Assembly (NCBI GenBank): GCA_049515055.1
Contig: JBEKUL010000013.1
Span: 5,896 to 69,895 of the forward strand
Reading direction: 5' to 3'
From: Steroidobacteraceae bacterium
Lineage (GTDB): Bacteria; Pseudomonadota; Gammaproteobacteria; Steroidobacterales; Steroidobacteraceae
Length of the DNA: 64,000 bases
The first letter of the stretch is position 1. The number at the start of each line of letters is the position of its first letter. Shown one piece after another: positions 22,656 through 31,377 of this stretch. A model generated the notes under the pieces. The model saw only the letters and a program-made list of their open reading frames with translations. It had not been told where the DNA came from and searched no databases. The translations under genes were made by a program, and so were the position numbers.

Positions 22656-22940
22656 TCATGGCGAGAGGATCTCGATGTCGCGCGAATCCGGGATATTCAT
22701 GTGCAAACGCTCACTGGCGACGCGTTCGACAAAGGCGTAGTTGGACCAAGCGCTCTGCTCGAGCTGCAGCCGGCCCCATTCGGCATCGAGCTCATCGCGG
22801 CTTGCATTGAGGCGCTCGAGCTCGACGAACAGTTCGCGCGCGCGATACTTGCTGTAGATCGCGCCGGCGGCGGAGGCCAGAACCGTGGCCCAGAGCAGCG
22901 CGACCAGCCTGACCATCAGGCTGCGAGGCATGCCTGTCAC
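22656..22940 (-). CDS. ftsL: cell division protein FtsL
   Basis: 94 aa. A TM segment (LVALLWATVLASAAGAIY) is followed by a coiled coil (ELFVELERLNASRDELDAEWGRLQLEQS). ATG 22940 overlaps the rsmH TGA. Confidence 0.85.
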   Translation of the reverse strand: MTGMPRSLMVRLVALLWATVLASAAGAIYSKYRARELFVELERLNASRDELDAEWGRLQLEQSAWSNYAFVERVASERLHMNIPDSRDIEILSP

Positions 22941-24298
22941 TGCACCGCGGGGTCGATGCGCTCGGCGACGCGCAGCAGTGCGCTGCGCGCGCGCGGGTTG
23001 GCACGGATCTCATCGGGCGTTGCACGCTGCTTGCGCCCGATGCGGCGCAGTGGCGGCTGCGCCTGTCGCGGCAGCTCGGGCCAGTTTGCGAAAGCCGGAT
23101 CGGGCTCGGAATGACGGCGTATGAACGACTTGACCAGCCGGTCTTCGAGCGAGTGAAAGCTGATGGCCACGAGCCGCCCCGATGGGGCGAGCAGCTCGAG
23201 CGCCTGCTCCAGAGCGCGTTCAATCTGCGTGAGCTCGTCGTTGATCCAGATGCGCAGCGCCTGAAACGTGCGCGTCGCCGGATGCTTGCCCGGCTCACGT
23301 GTACGCACTACGCGCGCGAGCAGCGCAGCCAGCTGCGAGGTGCGCGTCAAGGGGTGCGCGGCACGCGTGCGCGCGATGTCGCGGGCGATGCGAGCGGCGA
23401 ATCGCTCCTCACCAAAGGTGGCGATCACGTATCGCATCTGATCGGTGCTCGCCTGCGCAAGCCATGCGGAAACTGGTTGGCCGCGCGTCGGATCCATGCG
23501 CATATCGAGCGGACCGTCCTGGTTGAAACTGAAGCCGCGCGCTGCGTCGTCCAGTTGCACCGAGGAGAGCCCGAAATCGAACACGATGCCATCGCATCGC
23601 GCTCGCGGCTCTTGCGCGCGCACGAGCGTCGCGAGCTGGGCGAATTCCCCATGGAGCAGCTGCAGTCGCGGCTCTTGCGCAAAGCGCACACGCCCGGCGG
23701 CGATAGCGTGCGGGTCGCGGTCGAGTGCAATGACTCGCCCCTGCGGCCCGAGCGCCTGCAGAATGCGCGCAGTATGACCACCGCCACCGAAGGTGGCATC
23801 GACGTAGAGGCCGGCCGGGCGCAACGCCAGAGCCGCAAGCACCTCCTCGGTAAGCACCGGCGTGTGCTCATCCAACTCCTCGCTCGCTGCCTCGTGCTTG
23901 AGCCAGGCGGCGCGCCGCTCCGACCAGCGGGCCTCGTCCCAAAGTTCGCAGCGGCTGCCTTGACCGATCAACATCGCGTGTCGGCCCAGAGCAGCGAATT
24001 CGCGCAGCTCCGGCGGCAACAACATGCGTCCATGACTGTCCAGAGCGAGGTCGGTCGCGTGACCGACCATCAGCCGTTGCAGTCGGCGCGACTGAGGGTG
24101 CAGGCTGGGCAAATCCATGAGCCGGCGCTCGACCAGCTCCCAGTCATTGAGTGGGTATATCAATAGACACTCCCCGTCCCGATCGACCGTGACCACGAGC
24201 TGGCCTGCGGATCGCTCGAGCAAGCGCTCCCGATAGCGCGTGGGAATCACGAGGCGCCCCTTGTCATCCAAAGTTATTCTTGCTGCGCCGCGGAACAT
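22937..24298 (-). CDS. mraZ/rsmH: single ORF encoding MraZ (aa 1 to about 144) fused in frame to 16S rRNA m4C1402 methyltransferase RsmH (aa about 145-453)
   Basis: ORF 22937..24340 trimmed to ATG 24298 (MFRGAARITLDDKGRLVIP, the canonical MraZ N-terminus). The second MraZ half (LDSHGRMLLPPELREFA...ELWDEARW) runs without a stop into HTPVLTEEVL...DATFGGGGH...SFHSLEDR, which is RsmH. The only in-frame alternative start before the HTPVL motif is TTG 23875, which would give a 312-aa RsmH. Confidence 0.8.
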   Translation of the reverse strand: MFRGAARITLDDKGRLVIPTRYRERLLERSAGQLVVTVDRDGECLLIYPLNDWELVERRLMDLPSLHPQSRRLQRLMVGHATDLALDSHGRMLLPPELREFAALGRHAMLIGQGSRCELWDEARWSERRAAWLKHEAASEELDEHTPVLTEEVLAALALRPAGLYVDATFGGGGHTARILQALGPQGRVIALDRDPHAIAAGRVRFAQEPRLQLLHGEFAQLATLVRAQEPRARCDGIVFDFGLSSVQLDDAARGFSFNQDGPLDMRMDPTRGQPVSAWLAQASTDQMRYVIATFGEERFAARIARDIARTRAAHPLTRTSQLAALLARVVRTREPGKHPATRTFQALRIWINDELTQIERALEQALELLAPSGRLVAISFHSLEDRLVKSFIRRHSEPDPAFANWPELPRQAQPPLRRIGRKQRATPDEIRANPRARSALLRVAERIDPAVQ

Positions 24299-24310
24299 CG
24301 CACTGGGCGA

Positions 24311-24350
24311 AATCGCCCATTCCCTCCCACTTTCTCCCACTCGCCGCCAC
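24311..24350 (-). promoter_or_regulatory. putative MraZ operator: four direct repeats with 10-bp phasing
   Basis: The minus strand reads GTGGCggcga GTGGGagaaa GTGGGaggga ATGGGcgatt. On the plus strand these are CCCAT, CCCAC, CCCAC and GCCAC, each ending at 24320, 24330, 24340 and 24350. This matches the E. coli MraZ site architecture (TGGGN repeats with 5-nt spacers). The repeats lie between the -10 box and the mraZ ATG. Confidence 0.6.
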
Positions 24351-24378
24351 TATAGAAATGCTGATGGCAGCATGTCAA
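24349..24378 (-). promoter_or_regulatory. sigma70-type promoter of the dcw cluster (Pmra)
   Basis: On the minus strand the -35 is TTGACA (24378..24373), followed by an 18-nt spacer and the -10 TATAGT (24354..24349). It lies about 50 nt upstream of the mraZ ATG in the only AT-rich intergenic region nearby. Confidence 0.6.
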
Positions 24379-24390
24379 CGGTCCGGTGGT

Positions 24391-24423
24391 AAATTTATTA
24401 AGCGCGGTAGGTACTTACGCGCT
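24391..24423 (-). terminator. weak candidate intrinsic terminator downstream of rnpB
   Basis: The minus strand reads AGCGCG-taagtacctac-CGCGCT followed by TAATAAATTT. The stem is only 6 bp and the loop is long. Confidence 0.3.
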
Positions 24424-24526
24424 AATGGCGACGCTTGAAATGAGGTCTGACTCGCAGCCATAAAAATTCTGGCCGTTCTGGATCATAGACTTGAGTCAGT
24501 AATCTCCTACATTCGATTAACTAATG

Positions 24527-24900
<374 letters not shown>

Positions 24901-24906
24901 AGTCAG

Positions 24907-24935
24907 ACCATACCGGTTAGCGACTGCAGCCTCAA
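24907..24935 (-). promoter_or_regulatory. candidate rnpB promoter overlapping the rsmI stop codon
   Basis: On the minus strand the -35 is TTGAGG (24935..24930), followed by a 17-nt spacer and the -10 TATGGT (24912..24907). This places +1 at about 24899-24900, matching the predicted 5' end of the RNase P RNA. Confidence 0.5.
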
Positions 24936-25825
24936 TGGTCAGCTTGGCGTTTTGATCGCGTGGACGCGCTGCCGGCACTGCGATGCAGTTGCAGCGCCAG
25001 CGCGTAGGCCTCGCGCCGCGTGGCGAGCGTGAGCTGCGAGGCGATCGCCGCTGCGCGCGCCGGCGGCAATTCCTTGAGCAATAGCTCGAGCGCGCGCACC
25101 AACAGCTCCTGATCGGCCGCGCTCGAGCGCGCCGCTGGCGCACCTGCCACCACCAGGGTGATCTCGCCGCGCTCGATATTGGGATCGGCACGGGCCGCGG
25201 CGATCAATTGAGCCAAGGAGCCGCGATAGACGCTCTCGTGCACTTTGGTCAACTCGCGCGCAATGGCCGCCGGCCGCTCCGAGCCGAACAGCGCCGCGAG
25301 TTCTTCCAGGGTCGCGAGAATGCGATGCGGGGCTTCGAAGAAAACCAGGGTGCGCGCTTCGCGCGCCAGGCGCGCAATGGCGGCGCGACGCTCGCGCGCG
25401 CGCGCGGGCAGAAACCCCTCGAACACGAACCGATCGGTGGGTAGAGCGGCCACGCTAAGCGCCGCGATCAACGCACTTGGCCCGGGTATGGCTCGTATCT
25501 GTACGCCGGCCGCGGCCGCGGCCCGTACCAGGGCGAGTCCGGGATCGGACAACAGCGGCGTGCCGGCGTCGCTGACCAGCGCGATATGGCGACCCTGCTG
25601 CAGGGCTGCGAGCAACTGCGCGATCCGGCTGCGCTCGTTGTGCTCGTGCAGCGAGACCAGCGTGCGCGATACGCCGATGGCTGCAAGCAATTGCCCGGTA
25701 TGGCGCGTATCCTCCGCGGCCACCAGATCGGCCTGCGCGAGGGTCGCACGCGCGCGCGCACTGAGGTCCTCGAGATTGCCGATCGGTGTGGCTATCACGT
25801 CGAGTCGGCCCTGGCCGCCAGGCAC
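24932..25825 (-). CDS. rsmI: 16S rRNA 2'-O-ribose C1402 methyltransferase RsmI
   Basis: ORF 24932..26752 trimmed to GTG 25825, with a GGAG SD 7 nt upstream. The product begins (M)PGGQGRLDVIATPIGNLEDLS and contains the tetrapyrrole-methylase-like segments LVSDAGTPLLSDPG and FEGFLP. The upstream part of the ORF overlaps lpoA on the other strand. Confidence 0.88.
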   Translation of the reverse strand: MPGGQGRLDVIATPIGNLEDLSARARATLAQADLVAAEDTRHTGQLLAAIGVSRTLVSLHEHNERSRIAQLLAALQQGRHIALVSDAGTPLLSDPGLALVRAAAAAGVQIRAIPGPSALIAALSVAALPTDRFVFEGFLPARARERRAAIARLAREARTLVFFEAPHRILATLEELAALFGSERPAAIARELTKVHESVYRGSLAQLIAAARADPNIERGEITLVVAGAPAARSSAADQELLVRALELLLKELPPARAAAIASQLTLATRREAYALALQLHRSAGSASTRSKRQADH

Positions 25826-25855
25826 TATAATTCTCCAATGCTTATCGTCCGGCTC

Positions 25856-27739
25856 ATGATGCAACCGAAACGATTTGCGGCGCCACAACGCCGTATCGCG
25901 CCCCTGCCGCTCGCATTGCTCATGGGGCTGCTGAGCAGCTGCGCACTGCTGCCCCCGCCCGTGCCGCAGCCAGCCGCGCCGTCGGCGGCTCAGGCCGTGC
26001 CCAGAGCCGATCACGCTGCACAGGCCGCGCAATACGAGTCCGGCGCCGCGGCCGCGCGCGCGCCTGCCGAGCAGGCTGAGCTGAGACTTTCGGCTGCGCG
26101 CGAATGGCTCGCGGCCGGCCGCGCCGTCGATGCCACACGCGTGCTCGCGAGCCTGCACGCCATGGCGCTCACGAGCGCGCAGAACGAGGAGCGCCTGTTG
26201 CTCGATGCGGAGGCCTCGCTCGTGGCTCTGCACCCGCAGGAAGCCTGGGCCAAGATCGCAGCGCTGCCCGAGCCCACCGCGAGCAGCGCCGCCGCGCACT
26301 ACTACCCTCTGAAGATACGTATCGCGATGGCGGCCGGGCGAGCGCTCGATGCGGTGCGCGCGGAGAGTGCGGCCGAGCGCTTCGCACCCGGCACAGCCGA
26401 GCGCGCGGCGCTGCGCTCGCAATTGCTCGCCGCATTGCGCAGCGCGCGCGATCACGGCGTTGCGCTGGAATCGCAACCCACCCAGGATCCAGTCGTGCGA
26501 GGCTGGCTCGAACTCGCGGCGATTTCTCCAACGCGCGGTCCTGCCCCGGGGCTCAGCACCGATGCGCAGCTCTCGCGCTGGCGCGAGCGCTATCCCGGGC
26601 ACCCGGCGCTCGAGATTCTGCCGCAGGAGTTTCCGACGCCCCTGGCCGCTGGCGCGCCGGGCGGACGCGTCGCGCTGTTGCTGCCGCTGACCGGTCCGGC
26701 CACCGATCAGGCCGCAACCGTGCGCGATGGCTTTCTGAGTGCCTACTATCAACTGCCGCCCGCGGGCCGCCCGGAGTTGCAGCTCATCGACACCAGTGAG
26801 CTCAGCGGCCCGGCCGCCATCGCACAGGCACGCGCCGCCGGCTGCAATTTCATCGTCGGGCCGCTCACGCGCGATGACGTCGCCGCCGTGGCCGATTCAG
26901 GCCCGCAGAGCGTGCCGGTACTGGCGCTGAATTTTCTACCCTCGAACCGCAGTGCTCCCAGTGGACTGTTTCAGTTTGCGCTCTCGCCCGAGGAGGAGGC
27001 TCAGCTCGTCGCCCGCCGCCTGCTGGCCGACGGGCATCGGCGCGGTATCGCCGTAGTCCCGCGCGATGATTGGGGCGCCCGCGTCATGGACGCCTTCACG
27101 CACGAGCTGCTTGCCGGCGGCGGTAGTCTGATCGGCATCGCCACGTATGATCCGGCCGGTCATGATTACGGCGATGCGCTGCGCAACGTGCTGCGCGTCG
27201 ATGACAGCACGGCTCGCCACGAGCGGCTGCAGAACGTGCTGGGCACCAAGCTGAATTTTGAGCCGCGGCGCCGCGCCGACATCGAATTCGTATTCATTGC
27301 CCCACCCAGCGCGACCAATGCGCGCCTGATCGCGCCGCAGCTGAAGTATTTCTACGCCGGTGACATTCCGAGCTACTCGCTTTCAAACGCCTATGAGCCG
27401 GACTCCATGGCATCGAACCAGGACATCGACGGACTGATGTATCCGGACATGCCGTGGATGATCAGCGGCGACAGCGGCGTGGATGAGATCCGCAACGCGA
27501 TTGCGCAGGCCTGGCAGACGCGCGCCGCGTGGCGCAGCCGGCTGTTTGCCTTTGGATATGATGCCTGCCAGCTCATGCTGGCGATGGCCGCGCCCGGGCG
27601 CAATCCGGCCGATGTGCGCGTGGCCGGATTGAGCGGAGAATTGCATTTCGATTCCGCCCGGCGCGTGTCGCGGGATCTGATCTGGGTGCAGGTGCGCAAT
27701 GGCGAGCCCAAAAGGCTAGCCGCCGCCAACCCCGATTAA
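25856..27739 (+). CDS. lpoA: penicillin-binding protein activator LpoA-like lipoprotein
   Basis: ORF 25586..27739 trimmed to ATG 25856 (MMQPKRFAAPQRRIAPLPLALLMGLLSSC, a lipoprotein-like signal with Cys). ATG 25838 is an alternative start. It has a TPR-like N-terminal half and a periplasmic-binding-protein-like C-terminal half. It is divergent from rsmI and followed by yraN, as in E. coli. Confidence 0.8.
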   Translation: MMQPKRFAAPQRRIAPLPLALLMGLLSSCALLPPPVPQPAAPSAAQAVPRADHAAQAAQYESGAAAARAPAEQAELRLSAAREWLAAGRAVDATRVLASLHAMALTSAQNEERLLLDAEASLVALHPQEAWAKIAALPEPTASSAAAHYYPLKIRIAMAAGRALDAVRAESAAERFAPGTAERAALRSQLLAALRSARDHGVALESQPTQDPVVRGWLELAAISPTRGPAPGLSTDAQLSRWRERYPGHPALEILPQEFPTPLAAGAPGGRVALLLPLTGPATDQAATVRDGFLSAYYQLPPAGRPELQLIDTSELSGPAAIAQARAAGCNFIVGPLTRDDVAAVADSGPQSVPVLALNFLPSNRSAPSGLFQFALSPEEEAQLVARRLLADGHRRGIAVVPRDDWGARVMDAFTHELLAGGGSLIGIATYDPAGHDYGDALRNVLRVDDSTARHERLQNVLGTKLNFEPRRRADIEFVFIAPPSATNARLIAPQLKYFYAGDIPSYSLSNAYEPDSMASNQDIDGLMYPDMPWMISGDSGVDEIRNAIAQAWQTRAAWRSRLFAFGYDACQLMLAMAAPGRNPADVRVAGLSGELHFDSARRVSRDLIWVQVRNGEPKRLAAANPD

Positions 27740-27769
27740 GCGGGCCATTACTGTCTTATCGCCGCGCAT

Positions 27770-28192
27770 TTGTGTGCGCCGCGAATTCGCGAGCCCCCGC
27801 ATACTCGCTGCGCATGGGGCTCGTACCGAGATCAGGCCATCGATCGCCAGCAAGCCGGACGCGCGGCTGAAGCGCGCGCCGTACAGGTGCTGCAGCAGGC
27901 GGGCTTCACGCTCGTTGCGCGCAATTTCCGCTGTCGACTGGGCGAGATCGACATCGTTGCCAGGCGCGCGCAGCTGCTGGTGATCGCCGAGGTGCGGCTG
28001 CGCTCGCGCCAGGAATTCGGCGGGGCAGCCGCGAGCATCAATCCTGGCAAGCGCCGACGCATCGTTCGTGCCGCGCGCTACCTGCTGCGCACGCAGCCGG
28101 CGCTGGCGCGGCTCGCAGTGCGTTTCGACGCGCTGCTGCTGAGCGCTGCCGACGGCCCGATCGAATGGATCGAAGCGGCGTTCGAAGCCTAG
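27770..28192 (+). CDS. yraN: YraN family (UPF0102) endonuclease-like protein
   Basis: The segment GRAAEARAVQVLQQAGFTLVARNFRCRLGEIDIVARR...LVIAEVRLR is typical of YraN. The only in-frame start is TTG 27770, so the start is uncertain. Confidence 0.8.
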   Translation: MCAPRIREPPHTRCAWGSYRDQAIDRQQAGRAAEARAVQVLQQAGFTLVARNFRCRLGEIDIVARRAQLLVIAEVRLRSRQEFGGAAASINPGKRRRIVRAARYLLRTQPALARLAVRFDALLLSAADGPIEWIEAAFEA

Positions 28193-28256
28193 GCAGCCGT
28201 GCGGCAGCGGCGCTCGGATAAGGATCCTGCCCGCAAGCCCTGGCGCGAGGGCTTGG

Positions 28257-28691
28257 CTACTTGACGAGCGTGAGTTTCGCCCGGCGCCCCTCCCCCGGTG
28301 GCGGCCGCTCCGGCTCGGTAGGTGCGCCGGGCGGACTCGGCTCACTCTCGGCTTCCGAGAAGATCATGCCTTCGCCAGTCTCGCGCGCGTAAATGCCGAG
28401 CACGGCCGACATCGGCACGTGCACGTGATGCGCCACGCCGGCGAAACGCGCGTCGAATTCGATGCTCTCGTTCTTGAGCTGCAGCCGCTGGGTCGCGGTC
28501 ACGGACAGATTCAACACGATCTTGCCGTCCTTGATGTAGGCGGCCGGCACTTCCACGCCCGCGCGCAGCGCATCGACGATCACGTGCGGCGTGTGTCCAC
28601 CGTCGCTGATCCACTCGTGCATGGCACGCAGCAGATAAGGACGGCGCGATATGCCCCCACCGGCGCCGCTGACCTTGTCGGGCGGCATCAT
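28257..28691 (-). CDS. sspB: ClpXP adaptor / stringent starvation protein B
   Basis: 144 aa. It contains RPYLLRAMHEWISDGGHTPHVIV and a C-terminal ClpX-binding-like tail KLTLVK. ATG 28691 overlaps the sspA TGA. Confidence 0.9.
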   Translation of the reverse strand: MMPPDKVSGAGGGISRRPYLLRAMHEWISDGGHTPHVIVDALRAGVEVPAAYIKDGKIVLNLSVTATQRLQLKNESIEFDARFAGVAHHVHVPMSAVLGIYARETGEGMIFSEAESEPSPPGAPTEPERPPPGEGRRAKLTLVK

Positions 28692-29311
28692 GCGGGCCTC
28701 ATTTCGAGCTCGGCCTCCGAAAGGCTCGCACGAAATGCGGGCCGAGCGAACATGTTGCCGGCGTAACGTGCCAGGAACTGGGCCTGCGGCGGCAGTTCGA
28801 TCTCATAGCGCGGCAGGCGCCAGAGAATCGGCGCGATGCTCGCATCAACCAGCGAGAAATCATCGCTGAGAAAAAACGGCTTGACCTTGAACACGTCGGC
28901 GCTCTGCAGTATCGCCTCGCGCAGAATTTTCTTGTTGCGCGCCGAGTGCTTGTTGTCGTGATCTTCGTCAATCTGCTGCGCGAGCGTGTACCAATCGCGC
29001 TCGATACGGTAGAGGGCCAGACGAAACTGCGCCCGCAGTATCGGATCCACCGGCATGAGCGGCGGGTGCGGAAAGCGCTCATCCAGATACTCGATGATCA
29101 CGCGCGAGTCGTAGAGCACCAGGTCCCGGTCCACGAGCGTGGGCAGGCTATGGTAGGGGTTCAGGTCGAGCAGATCCTCGGGATAGCGTCCCGGTACCAC
29201 CTCGATGATTTCGATCTCCACGCCCTTCTCCGCCAGCACGATCCGCACGCGATGGCTGTGCGGCTCACCGGGGGCCGAAAACAGCGTCATGATCGAGCGG
29301 CGACTGGCCAC
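28688..29311 (-). CDS. sspA: stringent starvation protein A (GST-like)
   Basis: 207 aa with the N-terminus MTLFSAPGEPHSHRVRIVLAEKGV and a GST fold. It forms the conserved sspA-sspB pair downstream of petABC. Confidence 0.93.
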   Translation of the reverse strand: MASRRSIMTLFSAPGEPHSHRVRIVLAEKGVEIEIIEVVPGRYPEDLLDLNPYHSLPTLVDRDLVLYDSRVIIEYLDERFPHPPLMPVDPILRAQFRLALYRIERDWYTLAQQIDEDHDNKHSARNKKILREAILQSADVFKVKPFFLSDDFSLVDASIAPILWRLPRYEIELPPQAQFLARYAGNMFARPAFRASLSEAELEMRPA

Positions 29312-29378
29312 GAGTCAGCTCCCCTTGAGAGCTATTGCCGTTCCGGGGAATCGATGCCGCACATGGCGCAGCGACATC

Positions 29379-30137
29379 TCAATGCACGTCTTTCCAATAT
29401 TCCTTCTTCAACTGCCAGCTCAGCACGCTCAGCAGCAGCAGAAATGCAACCACCCACTTACCCAGCAGGCGCCGCGCAACCTGCGCGGGCTCGCCCACGT
29501 AATCCAGGAAATTGACGGTGTCACGCACGAAGTCATCGTACTGGGCGCTCGTGAGCGTACCGGGCGTCGTGATCTGGAAATTCTGGAATATCTTGTCGTC
29601 CCCGACAGTGCGAAACGCAGCCTGCTTCACGCCCTCGAGGCTCGAGAGCACCGCCGGCATGGCGGTATTCGGATAGGCCAGGTTGTTGCTGCCCGTGCTG
29701 CTCTTGGGGTCGGCGTAGAAGGTCTTCAGGTACTGGTACAGATAGGTCGTACCTTTGGAGCGTGCGATCAGTGACAGGTCCGGCGGCTGCTTGCCGAACC
29801 AGTTCTGCGCATCATCGGCTGGCATCGCGCTCGTGATGTAATCGAGTCGGTTGCTGCCCGGTGGTAGCAGGCTCGCCTCGAGCACCGGGACTGCGATCTT
29901 CAGATCATCGGCCAGACGCTGGTAGCGCTCGTATTGCAGCGAATGGCAGCCGTTGCAGTACGCCATGAAATTATGTGCGCCCCGCTGCAGCGAGGGAAGA
30001 TCGCTGACGGAATTGCCGGGCCGCCAGTTCTGCCAGTTCAACGGCTCGCTCGCCGCCGCGCTCTCCTCGGCCGTTGCAGCTACCGGCAGCCACGAGGCCG
30101 CGCACACACCCAGCACGAGCAACGCTCTCTTAAGCAT
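29379..30137 (-). CDS. petC: cytochrome c1 subunit of ubiquinol-cytochrome c reductase
   Basis: ORF 29379..30233 trimmed to ATG 30137 (MLKRALLVLGVCAASWLPVAATA signal peptide). It has the heme motif CNGCHS and a C-terminal TM anchor. It overlaps the petB end by 8 nt. Confidence 0.9.
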   Translation of the reverse strand: MLKRALLVLGVCAASWLPVAATAEESAAASEPLNWQNWRPGNSVSDLPSLQRGAHNFMAYCNGCHSLQYERYQRLADDLKIAVPVLEASLLPPGSNRLDYITSAMPADDAQNWFGKQPPDLSLIARSKGTTYLYQYLKTFYADPKSSTGSNNLAYPNTAMPAVLSSLEGVKQAAFRTVGDDKIFQNFQITTPGTLTSAQYDDFVRDTVNFLDYVGEPAQVARRLLGKWVVAFLLLLSVLSWQLKKEYWKDVH

Positions 30138-31377
30138 GGAACGTGACTCTGTCGGGCACCGGTTTGACCGGATCGATGCGCGTGTAGATCGGCATGAGCA
30201 GGAAGAAGAGGAAATAGGGCACCGCAAATACACGTGACAGCGTCACATAGATACCTTGTGCCGGTTGCAGACCCAGATACATCAGCCCCAGGAACGACAC
30301 CACAAAGAGCCCGAGGAAAGTGCGGAATATCCAGCCGCGATAGCGAATCGATTTGACCGGCGAGCGATCGAGCCATGGCAGGAAGAAGAAGGCGAGCACC
30401 GCAATCAGCATAAGCATGGCGCCCGTGCCCTTGTCAGGCACGGAGCGCAGGATCGCGTAGTACGGCGTGAAGTACCAGCTCGGGGAAATCGGATCGGGCG
30501 TCGAGAGCGGATTGGCCGGCTCGAAGTTTGCCTTCTCCAGAAACAGGTCACCGAGCGTGGGCACGAAGAACACGACGACGGCAAACAGCGTAAGAAAGGC
30601 GCTGACCCCGAAAAAGTCTTTGACACTGTAATACGGATGAAACGGTATGCCATCGAGCGGCACGCCGCGGGCGTCCTTCTTCTTCTTGATCTCCACGCCG
30701 TCCGGATTATTGGAGCCCACTTCGTGCAATGCCACCAGGTGCAGCACCACGAGCAGCAACAGCACCAATGGCAGCGCTACCACGTGCAGGGAGAAGAAGC
30801 GGTTCAGGGTGGCATCGGCAATGCCGTAATCCCCCCGGATCCACTCCACCAGCGTCGGCCCGACGAGCGGAATCGTACCGAACAGATTGATGATGACCTG
30901 CGCGGCCCAAAACGACATGTTGCCCCAGGGCAGGACATAGCCCATGAAGGCCTCGGCCATCAGCGCGAGGTAGATGAACATGCCGAGCAGCCACAGCAGC
31001 TCACGCGGCGACTTGTAGGAGCCGTACAGCAGCGCGCGAAACATGTGCAGATACACGACCAGGAAGAATGCCGAAGCGCCGGTCGAGTGCAGATAGCGCA
31101 GCAGCCAGCCAAAATCCACCTCGCGCATGATGAACTCGACCGAACCGAAGGCGGTGGTCGCACCGGGCTTGTAGAACATGGTCAGAAATATGCCGGTCAC
31201 GAGCTGCAGGACCAGCACGAACATGGCCAGGAAGCCGAAGAAATACCAGAAGTTGAAATTCTTGGGTGCGTAGTACTCCGAGGCCTGAGTGCGCCAGAAT
31301 GTGTCGATTGGCAGACGCTGGTTGATCCAACCCCAGAGGCCAGGGGCGGCGGCCTTCGAATCAGCTTCGCTCGCCAT
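30130..31377 (-). CDS. petB: cytochrome b subunit of the bc1 complex
   Basis: 415 aa and polytopic. It contains WNFGSL-type and heme-ligand His regions (LRYLHSTGASAFF, FFSLHVVALPL) and the PEWYF-like SPSWYFTPYYAILR. Confidence 0.96.
   Translation of the reverse strand: MASEADSKAAAPGLWGWINQRLPIDTFWRTQASEYYAPKNFNFWYFFGFLAMFVLVLQLVTGIFLTMFYKPGATTAFGSVEFIMREVDFGWLLRYLHSTGASAFFLVVYLHMFRALLYGSYKSPRELLWLLGMFIYLALMAEAFMGYVLPWGNMSFWAAQVIINLFGTIPLVGPTLVEWIRGDYGIADATLNRFFSLHVVALPLVLLLLVVLHLVALHEVGSNNPDGVEIKKKKDARGVPLDGIPFHPYYSVKDFFGVSAFLTLFAVVVFFVPTLGDLFLEKANFEPANPLSTPDPISPSWYFTPYYAILRSVPDKGTGAMLMLIAVLAFFFLPWLDRSPVKSIRYRGWIFRTFLGLFVVSFLGLMYLGLQPAQGIYVTLSRVFAVPYFLFFLLMPIYTRIDPVKPVPDRVTFHA

Noticed and set aside
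28234-28255. An 8-bp inverted repeat (CAAGCCCT-ggcgcg-AGGGCTTG) between the convergent yraN and sspB genes, considered as a bidirectional terminator.
   Set aside because: There is no U-tract on either side. It may act as a stabilising hairpin, but I cannot support a terminator call.
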